DNA of 63,773 bases, filler included, from Lenisia limosa (GCA_001655205.1; 12 parts of 12 records of this genome joined end to end with filler, not necessarily neighbours in it); one strand, 5' to 3'; counted from the first letter of the whole stretch, positions 38,339 to 52,500 are shown. The notes: generated by a model from the letters alone, not told the origin. Numbers and translations: made by a program.

Positions 38339-38826
38339 GGGTCAAGAAGATGAAGGTAAAGAAGAGTCCGTCGCTGCCTTCGACGACAATTGTGATGAGC
38401 TGGCGAGTTCAATCGTTCTGGCCACGCAGCTTGCTGTACATCAGGGCGCCATTGTAGAAAACGTCACTCGTCCATTGTCCTTCATACACGTGCCTCCTAA
38501 CCACAGAGTAGCTATTTTGGCTCCAGGAGAGGTGGGTGCGCGTTTTACTGCTTTGACATGTATCTAACTTTTTTTTCGAAATTGAGTAATTACATTTAGG
38601 TTGTGTGCCACACCACTGATGTGAAGGAAAGCTCTCTCCGCCAATTGTCTTGTGATACTTCACAAGGTGCAATTCTATCTCACCTCACTGCGATTCGAAG
38701 AGGTTTGCAAGTTGAGTTTTAGGTAGACATGTTCACATTGCTCTATTACTTATAGTTCCCAGGTGCTGCTAAAGCATTGGCTCAAAGTAAGGTCGATAAA
38801 GCAAAACGGCAAGCGGTGAAGGCCGA
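38339..38826 (+). CDS. Hypothetical protein fragment
   Basis: Exons GQEDEGKEESVAAFDDNCDELASSIVLATQLAVHQGAIVENV, VVCHTTDVKESSLRQLSCDTSQ, FPGAAKALAQSKVDKAKRQAVKA. Confidence 0.45.
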
Positions 38827-39229
38827 NNNNNNNNNNATAATTTGTGTGTAATTGAGGTTAAGTTGTAGGTTTATAAATAAATATATTGAAGAGTACTACT
38901 ATCTGAACCTTCTTTTTGTTGCCTTCAGCCAGACCATTTTTATGTGCATTTTGACAAGACAATCGGATTTTTTAAGAAAATGGTTGTATTAGAAGTGAAA
39001 AAGGATCATTCAGGCAATGAAACGAGAAAACTTAACAAAAACAAGAAAATTGAATTAATGACGGTATTTTGAATTAATGACGGTATTTAAGACCGTGAGC
39101 ATATATAGCTATGTATAAACTCGCTTGTTAGTATGAATACAAGACCCTCTAACTCTTCCTTTTCGTGTTTTGATTCCTCCATTTGAGTCTTCTGGAAAAT
39201 AAGACAAGAACGCGGGGGCAATTCTCACC

Positions 39230-42200
39230 TGAATCGGATGATGATGGAGCGACTGAACGCTTTCTTGTCTTTGGTTTTTGTTTCGGTCTAAAATATGTAA
39301 AGTAAAACATTACACCTACGCTTCTTTCTTCTTTTTCTTCTCTTCTTCTTCTTTCTTCTTCTTTAATTCAATGTTGCGTTGCCTCATTTTTTCTTTTCTT
39401 GCTTCTCTTCTCTCCTCGCTATTGGCAATTCGGCTCTCCAAAAGTTTCTAAGTAAGTTAGAACATTTTACGAAAGACAATATTAACCCACTTCTTTATTG
39501 AGCCTATTGATTTCATCATCTCGTTGTTTCTCAGCTGAAGTTCTTCGTTTTCTCTTCTTTGGCTAAATTTGTAAAATGTTGGGGCGTCAACTATTTTTAT
39601 TGATATTAAACCCTTCATCGATTACCTCTTCTGCCAAAGCCATAGCTTCTTTAGCAGTTAGTACACCGCCCCTCGATCTGGTAGTTGGTGCTGAACTCCG
39701 GGTTCCCGTACTTGGTGTTTTAGGAGTTCTTAATTCACCATAGGAATCACCAGTTCTCTCTTTATCACGTTTTAGAATGGAAGGGTCCTCAAAGTACCCT
39801 CGGTCTCTACCAAGCTCAATATCTACAATAATAACAAAGAGAAATAAGATATTGACTATTAAAAATGAGTAAATATTACTACCATAAATAAACTGTCATC
39901 AACCAAAACATAAATGAGACAAACCTTGTCTGATTTCTTCGGGTAGCAGATCCATCATTGAAATTTTTTTATCGACTTTAGCGTGATATGCATCGGCCAT
40001 TGCCTCTCTTAAAGAATTAAATGGATTCACATAAGAACATCGACAATATGCTTACAATTTTCCAAGATGACCCTTCCTCTTCTTCCGGCCTCCATCCTCT
40101 TCATCACTGAATCCCTTGAAATCAACGTAGCTAAGGGGGTAAATGGAAGCATTGGATTGGTAAAAAAAAGTTGCCCCACTGTGGATATTCCTTCAAAAGA
40201 TGGGATTTTACTTCCAAGCCATTAATGAAAATTCGCTTTGCAATTGCTTGAACTTCAGGAACGTCCATCTATGCAAGATAAAAAGAACATTATTATAGTA
40301 AATATCACATTGAAATAAAAACACAATAAGTACCATAATACAGTTAAAAAGAGTTAACAAGTAAGTCTTGACTGATAAGATTCCATCTGATACTTGTAAA
40401 ATATGTCATATAACTGTTTGCACCTAATGTATTCAGTCCCGTTAGAGGGTAACATTTGTCATCATTCGCAAGGCAATGTCAACTTTGACACAAAGACCCA
40501 GCAATGCTATAAAAACAATACCAATAGACTCTCATGTTTTGTGAGTTTCCAGTCTTACATCTGAAATTGTGTACTTGTCCCCCTGAATGATTAAGAAAAT
40601 AAAAAATTCCACATGGTTAGAATAAAAATCCCAATATCACTTAAATATTATCTTGGAAAATGCGATACCCACGAATTTTTCCTTAATCTCGTCTTTGAGC
40701 TCCTGACGTTTTTTATACACAAGATCTGCCGGAATGTACTGGGAATCTATATTTCATCAAAAGAAGAAAACATGCATGTAGAAGACTTGAAAATCATAAG
40801 ACTGACGAATTTAATAGTTTTGTACCCTCTCACCATCTTGGAACACATCGACATCAATGGTTTTATTTAACTGCTTGCAGACTTCTTTTTCCATCAAATG
40901 CATTTCAAGACGCTAAAATGTCATAAAAATGGTAAAAAAAGGCATTGTCGACAATGAGCATCCTTTACTCACCGAAACCATAGGATAGTGCATTTTACGT
41001 CTGTGAAATTGGGTAGATGGTGTCAACCCATGGGCATATTGGTAAACTATAATATAAGAAATAGGGAAATAATGCAATTCATGAGGCAAATTAAAAAAAA
41101 CTACGTCGATAACTGAATAAGCCCTCATACAATCACTTTCACCAGGTAGTGCACGAAGACCTTTTCGTTGGGTAAGATTTGGCTCGTATTTACCGGGGGG
41201 TTCAAGATTGGGACAAACTGTTCCCAATGGATGAACAACGAGAATCTGAAAAAAAAGTAAGAACGTACACGGCTAATTATATTGGTGAATTCACAAAGCC
41301 AGAATATATACAAAATATATCGCTCACTTTATTTACATTGGTGTGTTTCCAGAGAATTGATTCATCATGATTCGGCTTAAAAAGTTCACTTGTTGTTGGC
41401 AAGTCAGCAAGCGTAGCGTTGTACCGTCTTCCTTCAATTGTAATATGCCCTTGCCGTCCGTCAGGTGCTAATATGTTAGTTCGTATATTTACAAGTTTAA
41501 AATAACTTGTTTTAAGAAAAATGGGAAAAGATACTAAAGTCAAAAAACAAACTACAAATAAGAAAAACTTGGAAAAAAAGACAATATTTGACAAATCGTT
41601 GAATACAATCCCTCTCACAATCAAGCACCAGCTTAATATCCACAGGTGTGAAAAACTCCCCAGGAATTTCCGGCTGAGGTGGTGGACTTTCAGGATTATC
41701 CTAGATGATAAGCCGGGTATTTGTGGGGCATTCTCCAACCGTGAATAAATTGGGGTTAAGGCTTATCCCTGGATCTTTGTATTGGGGTTTGTTGGCTTTT
41801 CTTTCTTTCTGAAAAGCTTCCATTTTCTCCATAAGCCATCTTCTCTCATCCTCAGGTAGCTGAAGAACATACGCTGTTTCGGCTTCAGAATCGTAGAAAT
41901 CAAGCTGGAAGATGAGCGTCACACAATAGAGTTCGATAACAAAGAAAAAGAAAAAAAAAAAAAAAAAAAAAAAANNNNNNNNNNNNNNNNNNNNNNNNNN
42001 NNNNNNNNNNNNNNNNNNNNNNNNNNNNNNNNNNNNNNNNNNNNNNNNNNNNAGAGAGTATATGGTCAAAATCATTCACACCAGCACGCAGAAAGGACTG
42101 ACTATATGATAACTTTAAATCCACAATCTTTTACATAAACTCGGTTTAAAAGAGATGTATATACTACTAAACAAAATATGAAACAATGAGGAACAACAAA

Positions 42201-42360
42201 CAAGTTCCCTTTGAAGTAACCTTACTAACCTGTGGCCTATTCGTGGGTCCTTTGGATGGAAACTCATTAAACTGCATTATACCAGTTTCAGGCAGTGCCT
42301 ATCAGATAGAGATACGATTGCAATGAAGCTGGGTGATTTGTTTCTTGGTGCTACATAAGC
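39230..42360 (-). CDS. Divergent TAF7 (TAFII55 N-domain)-like protein with a long charged C-terminus
   Basis: ETAYVLQLP, LAPDGRQGHITIEG, ATLADLPTTSELFK, WKHTNV|ILVVH and MEKEVCKQL parallel the recalled TAF7 motifs ESQFILRLP, LHPDGRHGIVRVD, KLVDLPCVMESLK, YKTADICQMLV and VEKEVKRLL. Lys/Glu/Arg coiled-coil tail. Confidence 0.65.
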
Positions 42361-42623
42361 TATAAAATGGCTAAATATGCCAGTAATATGCTAATAAGAA
42401 TTGAAGAAAAAAGAGGTGTGAGAGGCAATTGAGAGGTACAAGCCAGCAAAAGAGATAACACTGGGTGGACAATACGCACCCAAGAGGTAATTAGAAAAAA
42501 AGCTTCCAAGCATCCAAGCTAGTATATGACACTCTGACTGCTCTATATGTAAAAATCGAACAAGTAACACTATTTCAAACATATTTTAAACCGCGATTCG
42601 ACTTGCTGTAATCAGTTCTCAAC

Positions 42624-43647
42624 ATGGCAGAGGTTTGAAAGGAGCGCTGTATATATTCTACTTGGATTTGAGTTTATAATTAGATGTTCCCCTATATCCG
42701 GCAAAATCCATGCCCTTCTCTTACCCGCCCCCTAGCGTCGAAGACGACGTTGGAAAACTGATGACAATCCTCCTCCTGAGTTTGCAGCACAACAGCCGGT
42801 GAGACAATGGATATTTACAAACCAAGTAAACCAAACATAATAATGAGGCGTTGCTCATGTTTCGTTTCACCAACCAGCTTGCCCCGGATGATGTTGACCC
42901 AAAACATGAGGACTATTTAGCCCTCTTGGCTGAAAAACAAAGGATTCTCAAAAAAATGGAGGTAGGTCCATGATTGTATTTTATAATTATAATCATTGTT
43001 GAAATATAACGATATAATAGAACGTACTCCTTCTTACTCATATTTTTAGAAAAGCAACAAGAAAGACATGAAGGAACGAGAAGCTGGCTTTTCAACGTAC
43101 TTTTCAGGGGCTAATGTTGACAAATTCAAAGGATCCTCAAAAAACAGTGAGCATTCTTGAAGAATATTTCCAAAAACCATTGATTTATTTAATTGTATAC
43201 ATATTTCTCATAGATACAGTTACTTCCCCGCGGCTTGAGGAAGCTGACGAAACTCCCAAACAAAAGGTCGGTAACGGAAACATCACTTTTTATTCTTGAT
43301 CGCTATCTGTTCTCACTCACCCCAGGCAAACACGGGACGTAGAAAACAGTGGAACCAGCAAGAACCGCCGGTAGGGTATTGTAGTATTTTGGTTTATATA
43401 CTAGGTTGTTCCAAGCTTCTCCCCTTCAAATGATTCATTTGAACAAGACGAAGGACTTGGTAAGGCAACTGTCAGGTTTTTTTATCTCACAAATATAGAA
43501 GATGATTTGGCAGCGCTTTCAAATTCGCTCGTCATTTCCCCCTCTGATTTAGATCGTCATTTAGCTGAAATTAGCGCCCAACAAGAGCCTAGTTTGCTGA
43601 ATTCACACTGCTTTTAGATTACTGTTATATCATATATATACATGTAT
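42624..43647 (+). CDS. KATNIP/KIAA0556-like protein, N-terminal part (3' truncated)
   Basis: Spliced MAE|RRRRRW...|DVDPKHEDYLALLAEKQRILKKME|KSNKKDMKEREAGFSTYFSGAN parallels recalled human KATNIP DEKHDEYLILLQQRNRILKHL...LEQGFSVYVNGAN; later GRRKQWNQ resembles RRGWHQ. Confidence 0.6.
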
Positions 43648-44009
43648 NNNNNNNNNNNNNNNNNNNNNNNNNNNNNNNNNNNNNNNNNNNNTTAATTAAT
43701 TAANNNNNNNNNNNNNNNNNNNNNNNNNNNNNNNNNNNNNNNNNNNNTAAACACAAAATATATACATTTTAGACTTGTTTTTCTCAAAAAGAGTGAATCT
43801 CGTAAAACAATAAAGAAAAAAAAAAAGCAGAAGTACTGGAGAAAACCAGAATTTGCGAAACAACCAGAATTTTGAACGGCCACATATGATATCATATTAT
43901 GATTTGTAGTTTTTTGAGCCTTTGAATTTCTGTTGCAAAAACAAGTTCAGGAGGGATAGTGAGTTTTTTGGTGACAACTATTAAAATGTTAGTTGTAATT
44001 GTTTTTCAG

Positions 44010-44812
44010 TTACAAACCAGTTGTTTCAATTGACCCCCCGATGCGACCAACTGCTGGAAATGAGGCGTTGAAGTATGAATGGCTAGACTGGAATCTTCAC
44101 CACATTCTTTATATATCATGGCAGTTTTTAGAAAAAACCGTTATTTCCAAAGAAAAAATGGTGAAGTTCCCAAAAAATCAAAGGTTACACGGTTTCTCAA
44201 AAGTTACACGGTTTCTGTAAATTTATTATCAACAAATGCTGAACTCATTGGTGAGCCTCTTTCTGCTTTATATTTTATTTATAAAATAGGGTACCGTTAC
44301 AACAAAGAGTGCTGCTAAATCCCCCGGCCCTTCGCAGAGCTCTTCAAGAGAGTGTGGACCTTGACGGCAAAGTTGATGAAGTTATAAAGGTAAGCAGGAT
44401 GGTCTGTTTGATCATAAAATCGTAATCTAATCTTACACTCCCTTTCCTTCTTTTTTTTTGTACCTTATCGTACACTGCTGAAGAATTGACTGACATGAGC
44501 TTTGTTTGTTTTGTTGTTACCTTCGTGTGTTTCTCAAAAATTTGGTTTCTGTAAGTTTTTAACTAAATTTAGAGTGGAAAGTTTGTTTCTGGTGCTAAGA
44601 TGGAGAATGTCCCGGAACCGTCTGTCAAAGTCTTCTTGTTCTGAAGTTATGGTTTTTCACCACGCAAAGGTACTAGAGAGCCTCACCAACCTTGCGGCAG
44701 AGCTAGGCAACAGCAGTGACCGGCATAGGACCTTCAATACCTTGGTCAAGTCTCTGACTTCGACAATGCCAACAGAGCAACTTCTGAAGCCAGGTCTTTG
44801 CGGTGATGAGGT
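44010..44812 (+). CDS. Hypothetical protein fragment
   Basis: Exons YKPVVSIDPPMRPTAGNEAL, VPLQQRVLLNPPALRRALQESVDLDGKVDEVIK, HAKVLESLTNLAAELGNSSDRHRTFNTLVKSL. Confidence 0.45.
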
Positions 44813-45500
44813 TGGTTGTTTCAGTACTCAAACAAGTTAGCTCATCGTTACTGAATGATTGTTAACCAATGTTCCATTCTAATATTGACATCTGATTGAG
44901 TACTGCTACTTTGTAGAGTGAGTTTATCACACGATTTTTTGGACAAGTTCTTAATGTGACATTGAGAGAATTTTCACGAAATTCTGAGACAGAGTTGACA
45001 GGTGATAGATATCCTTTAATTAAGGAAATTCGAAAACATCAAAAAATATTACTGACGACATGTTATTGCTCTTCTACTTTCAAAATGTACTGTACATGTT
45101 TATTCTATAGAATACTATAATATGTTATACTATAATGTATGATATACTATACTATAGATTTGATATGTACAGATTGATATGTATATCATGTTATACCATA
45201 TATGATATATGATATCTAGATAAATAGCTTCGCCCAAGTTGTTTCTCGTTTTAGAGGTTATAACCATCATTTTTAGTAGAAGTTATATCAGATTGGAGCG
45301 ACAGACTCCAAGTTGATGTCAATAAATGAAATTTACTACCAAATCAGTTGGAGCGCAAGAGAAGTTGTGCGATGATTTAAAACCTCTGTATCTTTCAAAA
45401 NNNNNNNNNNNNNNNNNNNNNNNNNNNNNNNNNNNNNNNNNNNNTTAATTAATTAANNNNNNNNNNNNNNNNNNNNNNNNNNNNNNNNNNNNNNNNNNNN

Positions 45501-48500
45501 TTGGACTTTCTGATCATTCGCATGGTGTCCACAACGGACTGGGTAGCAATGAAGGGGTCATCTGAAGATGGTAAGGCTGGGAAGAAAACAAAAAGGTCAC
45601 AATAAGGGTGTTGATGCTACACAAAAACAAAAGTTGTAAATACCACCATTTTACTGAAATAGCAAGAAATGGTACTCTGGAAACGCACCCCACCTAGTGC
45701 GACCAAAATGCAGAGATTGGTCCGAATATCCTGGATATGACGGGGGTACGTTGAAGCATCATTGTAATACTCGTATCGATCGGAATACCTACAGATAAAA
45801 GTTGGAGCTGTATCACATTCAAAAGGCTGAATTTCAAGATACCAATTGTCAGTATTACACAAACCAAAGAAATGATGCGCTAATACAACGAGATTCGGAA
45901 CTTACCCGAACATTGGACAGAGAAGCGCAGTCTCAAACGTTCCAAATGTCATCTAAAACATTAAAACTCTTTCGGAATCAAGAATTTACCATGACATGTT
46001 CCCCAGTTCCAGTAACAAAATCTGCTGATACATTTTTGAAAAACAGATAACCAGCAGGAAAGCCTTAGATTGGCTTGGTTGAAGAGATGATAATTTTGCC
46101 CAGAATAGTATGGAAAAGTAAAAACAAAGAATAACCCAGGAATTGATCTTTGGTACATTAGAAGAGATGAAGTCAAAAAGATTAAAAAGCAACATTGAGG
46201 TATTATTTCTAACCTTTGCAGCCTTCTTTTTCTCAAGAATGGACAAATCATAGTCTTCACGAGTGCTCAACTGAAGGCATGAAAACAAGCAGTTTTGACA
46301 TGTCTTTCTCCAAATTTTGAATTACCATTCTCGTTTTAAGTGCAAGAAAATACGCATAATACAATCTAGGGAATAAATACGATCCAAAAATATCGCACCC
46401 ATTACCATGTGCTTGTGCTTCTTGCCATAGCTGATCAGGCGCTGACAGAGCCGCGGTACAAAGAGCTGAAAGATAAGGAAATACAACGGAATTGATCGAT
46501 AACATTTTGTAACAATGATATTGATCGCAAGGTGGCCTATCTGCTGAATCAGGAGATACACTTTCAGAATCAAAAATCCAATAAGAACTGTACTGCATAC
46601 GGTGCTTGAAATGAAACTTTCGTTGAGTTTGTCATCAGCTGGAATCATGTGCTGAAGTAGTCAAATATTTACTGTCAAAGAATCTTATCATAGCATACAA
46701 CAGTCAGGACGATAATACATCAAAGAAGCCGTTCTTAGATCTTTTATTTACGAGGTACTGACTCGGAGCAGATTTTTCGGCGTACCAACGGGTTTGAGAT
46801 GCTGACACCACCACGAAGTTTGCAGCTTTCGCCTTCTTCAGCGCAGTATTTGGCAAGCTTGGTGGTCAAGTTGGGAGCACAAAAGTGGAAGGTTTTGGCA
46901 GAAGTGCCTCATTCTAAAAAGAGTATTCACTGATACCCATTATGTGATATACTTGCTTCATCACACCATGATTGCTCCCAGAGAGTTTCCAACAGCCACA
47001 AGAGGGCATTCAGGCATCAGCTCTGACAGGTGATTGACAAGCTAGATCATGAGTGACGAAGAGTTTCACTTCAAAAAAGGAATTACCGCGCATTAAGGAT
47101 ACAAGATATAACACCAAAGTTACATTGGAACACTCAAATGTAGGTACAGAGGGTATAATAATATCACAAAATTGAAACTGTCCAAGTTTACGCCATCATA
47201 CAGCTTTGGCTGTGAGTAAAGTGGTTTTGATTTGAGCGTCCCAAAACAATATTACCCCCACGAACATGGCGCAGATCCGTCGTGAACGCAGCACAATAAG
47301 CAATAGGGGTCTCGAGGTCCGAACCACAACAGCCGCGGAAGTTCAAACAAACGACGTCGAGGCCTTTTTGGACCAGTGTTCGGCACTGTGACTTCATGTA
47401 CGACTCGTTACTACTTGGTAAGGGAGGGGACCTGGTTGGAATATTGGAGATGACCACAATTTCATTGCAGTTATAAAAAGAGATCGTGTGCCGCCATAAT
47501 TTCATGTATACGAGCTCATATCCTCTCCTGTTGGTTATTCATGTACTATACGAGCTTCCTACATATCCTCTCCTGTCGGTCAGATCCCCTCCACACCTTC
47601 CTCCGGTAAGCCCATGGATGAGAATAGCAACTGCCCGTGGCACCCGAGTATCACCATCTGAAGCGGTTATTTACTTTTCACCTACACTGACCGCGATAAG
47701 TCCTTATCATATCAACACTAAAACTCAATTGTGTCAAAAGACCAAGTCTGTGTACCTGGGAGGTCCTCACTGCTTGACATGCAACTCTGAGCTAAAAGGG
47801 CTTTCGCAGTGTAAAGACCTGACTTGTTAGAGCATCCTGACCTGTAATCCTATTGAACATCCTGAATTTATCCACAAAATCCTCAAGAAAACTGAGAACA
47901 GGCAAAAAAAAACTTTGTATCCTAGTTATTGGGCAAATAATTACGGGGGGATGCACTTCCCCAAAGCATGCAAAGCAATCGTAAAATCCCAGGCACCATC
48001 AATGTCAATAGCATAAGAACCAGCATGCTCTCCCTCGACTCTGGAAAGGGTGAAAAGCCGTGAATACGGGAAATAAATGAATGAAATGTGTAGTGACCAA
48101 AATATTATTCACTAAGTAGCCCTTTTGCTTTATTTGAAAGGTTGATTACGAATTGATTGTACCATATCATATGATATGTATTTCTCATCTCTTGTATTAT
48201 TTCCAAAATGCTTCTTCAAAATTAGATATGAAATCAGAATAGTACGATGGATCACATTAAGTATTGCCCCCCACTGTGCAATAACTCTGACGTAATCAGG
48301 CTTCTTAATCCGGCGAAAGTTTGTAACAACCGTTTGGAGGTAGCCGAACGCTAAAGACAGGGGAGGCGTGAAGGATCCAACCTACAGCTGTCATAGGGTA
48401 TATGATGAGTTAGATAATTACTATTGAATAGTGCTAAACCTGTGCCATTTTTCGAATATACTATGACTGTCCAAAACACACACGAGTGACCAGAGACTCT

Positions 48501-49311
48501 AATTTATTGCAAAATTCGGGATAGAAGAAATATATTTTGTCTGTAAAAAAAAAAAAAAAAAAAAAANNNNNNNNNNNNNNNNNNNNNNNNNNNNNNNNNN
48601 NNNNNNNNNNNNNNNNNNNNNNNNNNNNNNNNNNNNNNNNNNNNNNNNNNNNNNNNNNACTTGACATTGAGGGGTTACATCCCATAAACGGCTTCGCACA
48701 GGCCCACGAATACCACCCTGCAGGATGAATATCATTGGGTCTCTTACAGACTTGGGATATATTAAAGAAAAGATGTTTTTATAAAATATTAACATGAGAA
48801 TATGAAGGATATCATGAGAATATGAAGGACATCATGAGTTGCTCAAGCCTTCTGATTGCACCAAACACCGTTCTTTTTTATTTTATTTTTTTTACATTTT
48901 TTGGCATCTCCCATCTTTATCTACCTTGACAGATCGTATTGTATGTATTCTTACATCTGTGTGCCAGATATCAGTCATATCCGAGCATCCGAGGGTTGTG
49001 GGTGAGAAGCTGAAAAACCCAATCTTAATATTTACATTCCCATCCACAACAGAGGAAAACAACACAATTAAAAATGATCCCATTTTTGAAACAATTTCTG
49101 ATCTATGATGATCCCTCATCTTACGCATTGTGACAATGACCCCTAGTGTGAAGAAGAGCACCGAAAACAGGGTCGGAACCAGGGGTGTCAGCCAAATATA
49201 GAGGACTAATGAGAACATGGAGGCTCCAAACATCCATAGGCCTAGCGGCAGGGACGAAAGGGCTGGGTATTGGGTGAAGGAGCGCATTGTCCCGGTCGTG
49301 TAAGGCCTCAT
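45501..49311 (-). CDS. ABHD1/2/3 / YheT-family alpha/beta hydrolase with N-terminal transmembrane segments (3' truncated)
   Basis: FTPPLSLAFGYLQTVV, AILIHGLTGG, SNESYMKSQ...GLDVVCLNFRGCCG...TTDLRHV, nucleophile elbow AVGNSLGA, KYCAEEG...GVSISNP, EYYNDAS, SDDPF. Confidence 0.9.
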
Positions 49312-49539
49312 TGTTTGCTTTTCCTGGCTGTATTAGTATGGCGTCTCAATACTGCAACTTTCCAGATTTTTAGGTGCCATTTTTGATTTGCCAAAATTGA
49401 AATAGTGAGCTCCGAGACAACTTTTCAGAACAAAAATGGCCGCCAACCAAAAAAAGCAAAAGCAACTACTCGCTTAAGCTTCATTGTAAAGATTAATAAA
49501 CAGTAAGAAAGATTCGCCTAATAAGAGATACGCCACAAT

Positions 49540-52500
49540 ATGGATGAGCCTGGGGACCTTCCCTTCCCAGTTCCGCCTTCTGCTGACTCGCCAGATGCTT
49601 CAGATTCAGCTGATATCGCTCCTAAGAGGAGGCTTACTTTTAAGGTACGACCTACTCCATGCTCACCAGGAAATATCATGATCGACGGTGGCTCATGGGA
49701 TTAACAGGGCCATTATTTAGTATTCTACAGCAATGCCTTCTTCACAGTTTAGGGGGCAGCCCAGCTTGCCCTTGCAGCAGCCTTTCTAAAGAGACGTGAT
49801 ACCTGTTTGGGGGAAACTGCAATTGAAGAGGGCTGGAACCTGTTTTTTTTTCTTTTTTTTTTCTGCTTTTATCTACTAAGATGATGATGCTATTTGATAA
49901 ATTTGCCACCTGATTATCTGACAGCGATTTTGACCATTTGCAGGTATTATGGTGATCATTCTCGCCATATTAAGACATTGTGATAACTAATCTCATCTAG
50001 AGATGCAATATCTTATTAGATAAAATAGGGTCCTACGTTCCAAAAAAGTCCAGAAAAATTTCAGTGTTTATCAAGGATGTATCGAGAAATTAATTATTTT
50101 TGGCACCCAAGAGAAGCCCAAGAAATGATTTATTTGTTTGACCTGGGAGAAGTGGAGTATAAATATTTGTAGTTTCCTCCCATCTCACCATTCATAGACG
50201 ATTATGTTGACGAGTCGGGCAAGCTTCCCATGAAGATCAAACTCGCCTATGGCCTGCCAAACTTTTCAATGACGTCATTGACTATCCTTCTCACAGTTCA
50301 CGCCGCCCTCTTCTATGAGCGCCTCGGTGCTTCTCTTGCTTTTATGTGAGGGACGGGGTGTCACCTTGCATTGCTCTCAAGTAGCTTGCTTCTCCCTTTC
50401 ATTTAACCCACAACCCCTCTTCATCGAAATTTCCTTCGTTTTACTCTCCCCCCCCCCCCCNNNNNNNNNNNNNNNNNNNNNNNNNNNNNNNNNNNNNNNN
50501 NNNNNNNNNNNNNNNNNNNNNNNNNNNNNNNNNNNNNNNNNNNNNNNNNNNNNNNNNNNNNNNNNNNNNNNCCCTGGACAACAAAGAAGCTCATTATACA
50601 GGGCATTTGCCACGTCTTTCTCCCGGTCTTTTGACGTGCTCACGGACCCTCTCATGGCCTGGATATCAGACAACCATAAGGTCTGTTTTGCTTGGGTGCT
50701 TTTCCGGGTACCACACTGGCAGGAGTAATAAGCATATTCTGGGATGCAAAAAGAATTCATAGAGATAACATAAATATCAACACACTAACTTTTCAGGGCA
50801 AAAGTGGCCGACGGAGGCCTTTCATGAAGTACGGCTGTTTCTTCTATGCCATCGCCTTTGTCTGTCTTCTTTCTCCCCCTGATATTTCGAGTGAGCTTTA
50901 TTCCATAGTACAAATCTGTTCTACATTCCAAAAAAAAGGCCACTATAATTTTGATTATGGCCCCACNNNNNNNNNNNNNNNNNNNNNNNNNNNNNNNNNN
51001 NNNNNNNNNNNNNNNNNNNNNNNNNNNNNNNNNNNNGAGTTTTGGTACCTCGTGTTCCTTGTTCTCTTCTACGCTTTTGATACCCTTGCCAATGTGCCTT
51101 ATTCGGCTCTTGGCCCTGAACTAACGGATAGTTACGACGAGAGGTGGGCTGTCATTTGGCTAAATGAAGCTAAAACGTGTAAAAAGCATCACATAGTATA
51201 TCATTTTTTTAAAAAAAACCCATAGTTGCATTGGAAATGGAAACTATGATTGCATACGAGTACGGCAAACACCGTTTTTGAAGATAATTGCGCGATATCA
51301 TGTTAGTCGCACGTGTGTATGATACATCATTTTTCATACGGAAAAATTTTATCTTTCAGAAAAGAAACTCCACTTAACCTTCTCAAGTGATGCATCTCAC
51401 AACTTACAATAGGGTTGTCTTTGAATAATATTAGTGTGAAGAAAAATGAATAATTGGTGTTATGAAATACTCCGTTTTTTACATAATATGTTTGAAGCAC
51501 TGACCGTTCAGATCACGGGTCTTTTATGTCCAAAAGATCTGCGGAGGCGTCGGCATTCTTGTCGGTGCTGCGGGTCCTGCGGCGCTTTCGTTCTTCATTT
51601 CAAGCTTCAGGATGCAAATGACCGTTATTGCTTCGATCTTCGGGTGAGCTTTACTCCTAAGATATGTGCTTGATAACACTGAATCTATTCGAACATCTGT
51701 TGTTTGTTTTTTTCTGTTTGTGATGCCTAGTATATTATTGATGTATTTTCTTGCATCCCAAAATTTTGATGTATGTATTACTATACAAATATCTTATATT
51801 TGTTAACTATTTAGTGTGTACTATGTCGTTACAATGTTCTTCTGCATTGGAACTATCACAGAGAGAGCAGTAGGAGGGTTGCTAGTATACTACTCGGACC
51901 TCAACCCAGAAATGTGTAATACTAATCGTTGTTAAAGGTGTCAACTTTTTTTTTAATTCTCATTCTTCGGGTTATTCTTGATTGCAATAACTTATTTTCT
52001 AGGCTTCAACAGAGGAGCGAACTGAGATGCCTTTTGTACCATCCCTTTTGAGAGCCCTTAAAAATAAGGCTTTTAGGTTGGTTGCGGCTTGTACAATCAG
52101 ATTAGATGAAACATGTTTCTAACGTCTTTTCATTCAATCGGTTTTTGGTCCTTTTGTGGTGATTGCGTATCTTATATGATATGTTCTAATTTCACATCAA
52201 TGGGATATCTCACCGAAAAAGATATGACTTGTTTAAAAGTGTATTGAAAGAAGATATCTTATCATAGCGTGTAATCTCCAATCATATTTGAGTTGTCCAT
52301 TTACCTTCAAAGGCCACTACTTGTCGGATGGGTGTTGGACTACATTGCACTCGCAGCTATTTCAGGTATATGGAAGTGAAAATTGCTGATTATTTTCGTA
52401 TTGTATGTTTTTTATTATGTGGAAAACGGTCCATTCTAAGTAGTTTTCCCCTTCTTTGTTACTCAAACTCCAGCATTATTCCCCCACTCACACCTCAGCG

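Noticed and set aside
39230-40300. Charged minus-strand exons as a Harbinger Myb/SANT accessory ORF
   Set aside because: They continue from the TAF7-like exons, and no Trp-repeat SANT motif, transposase or TIRs were found.
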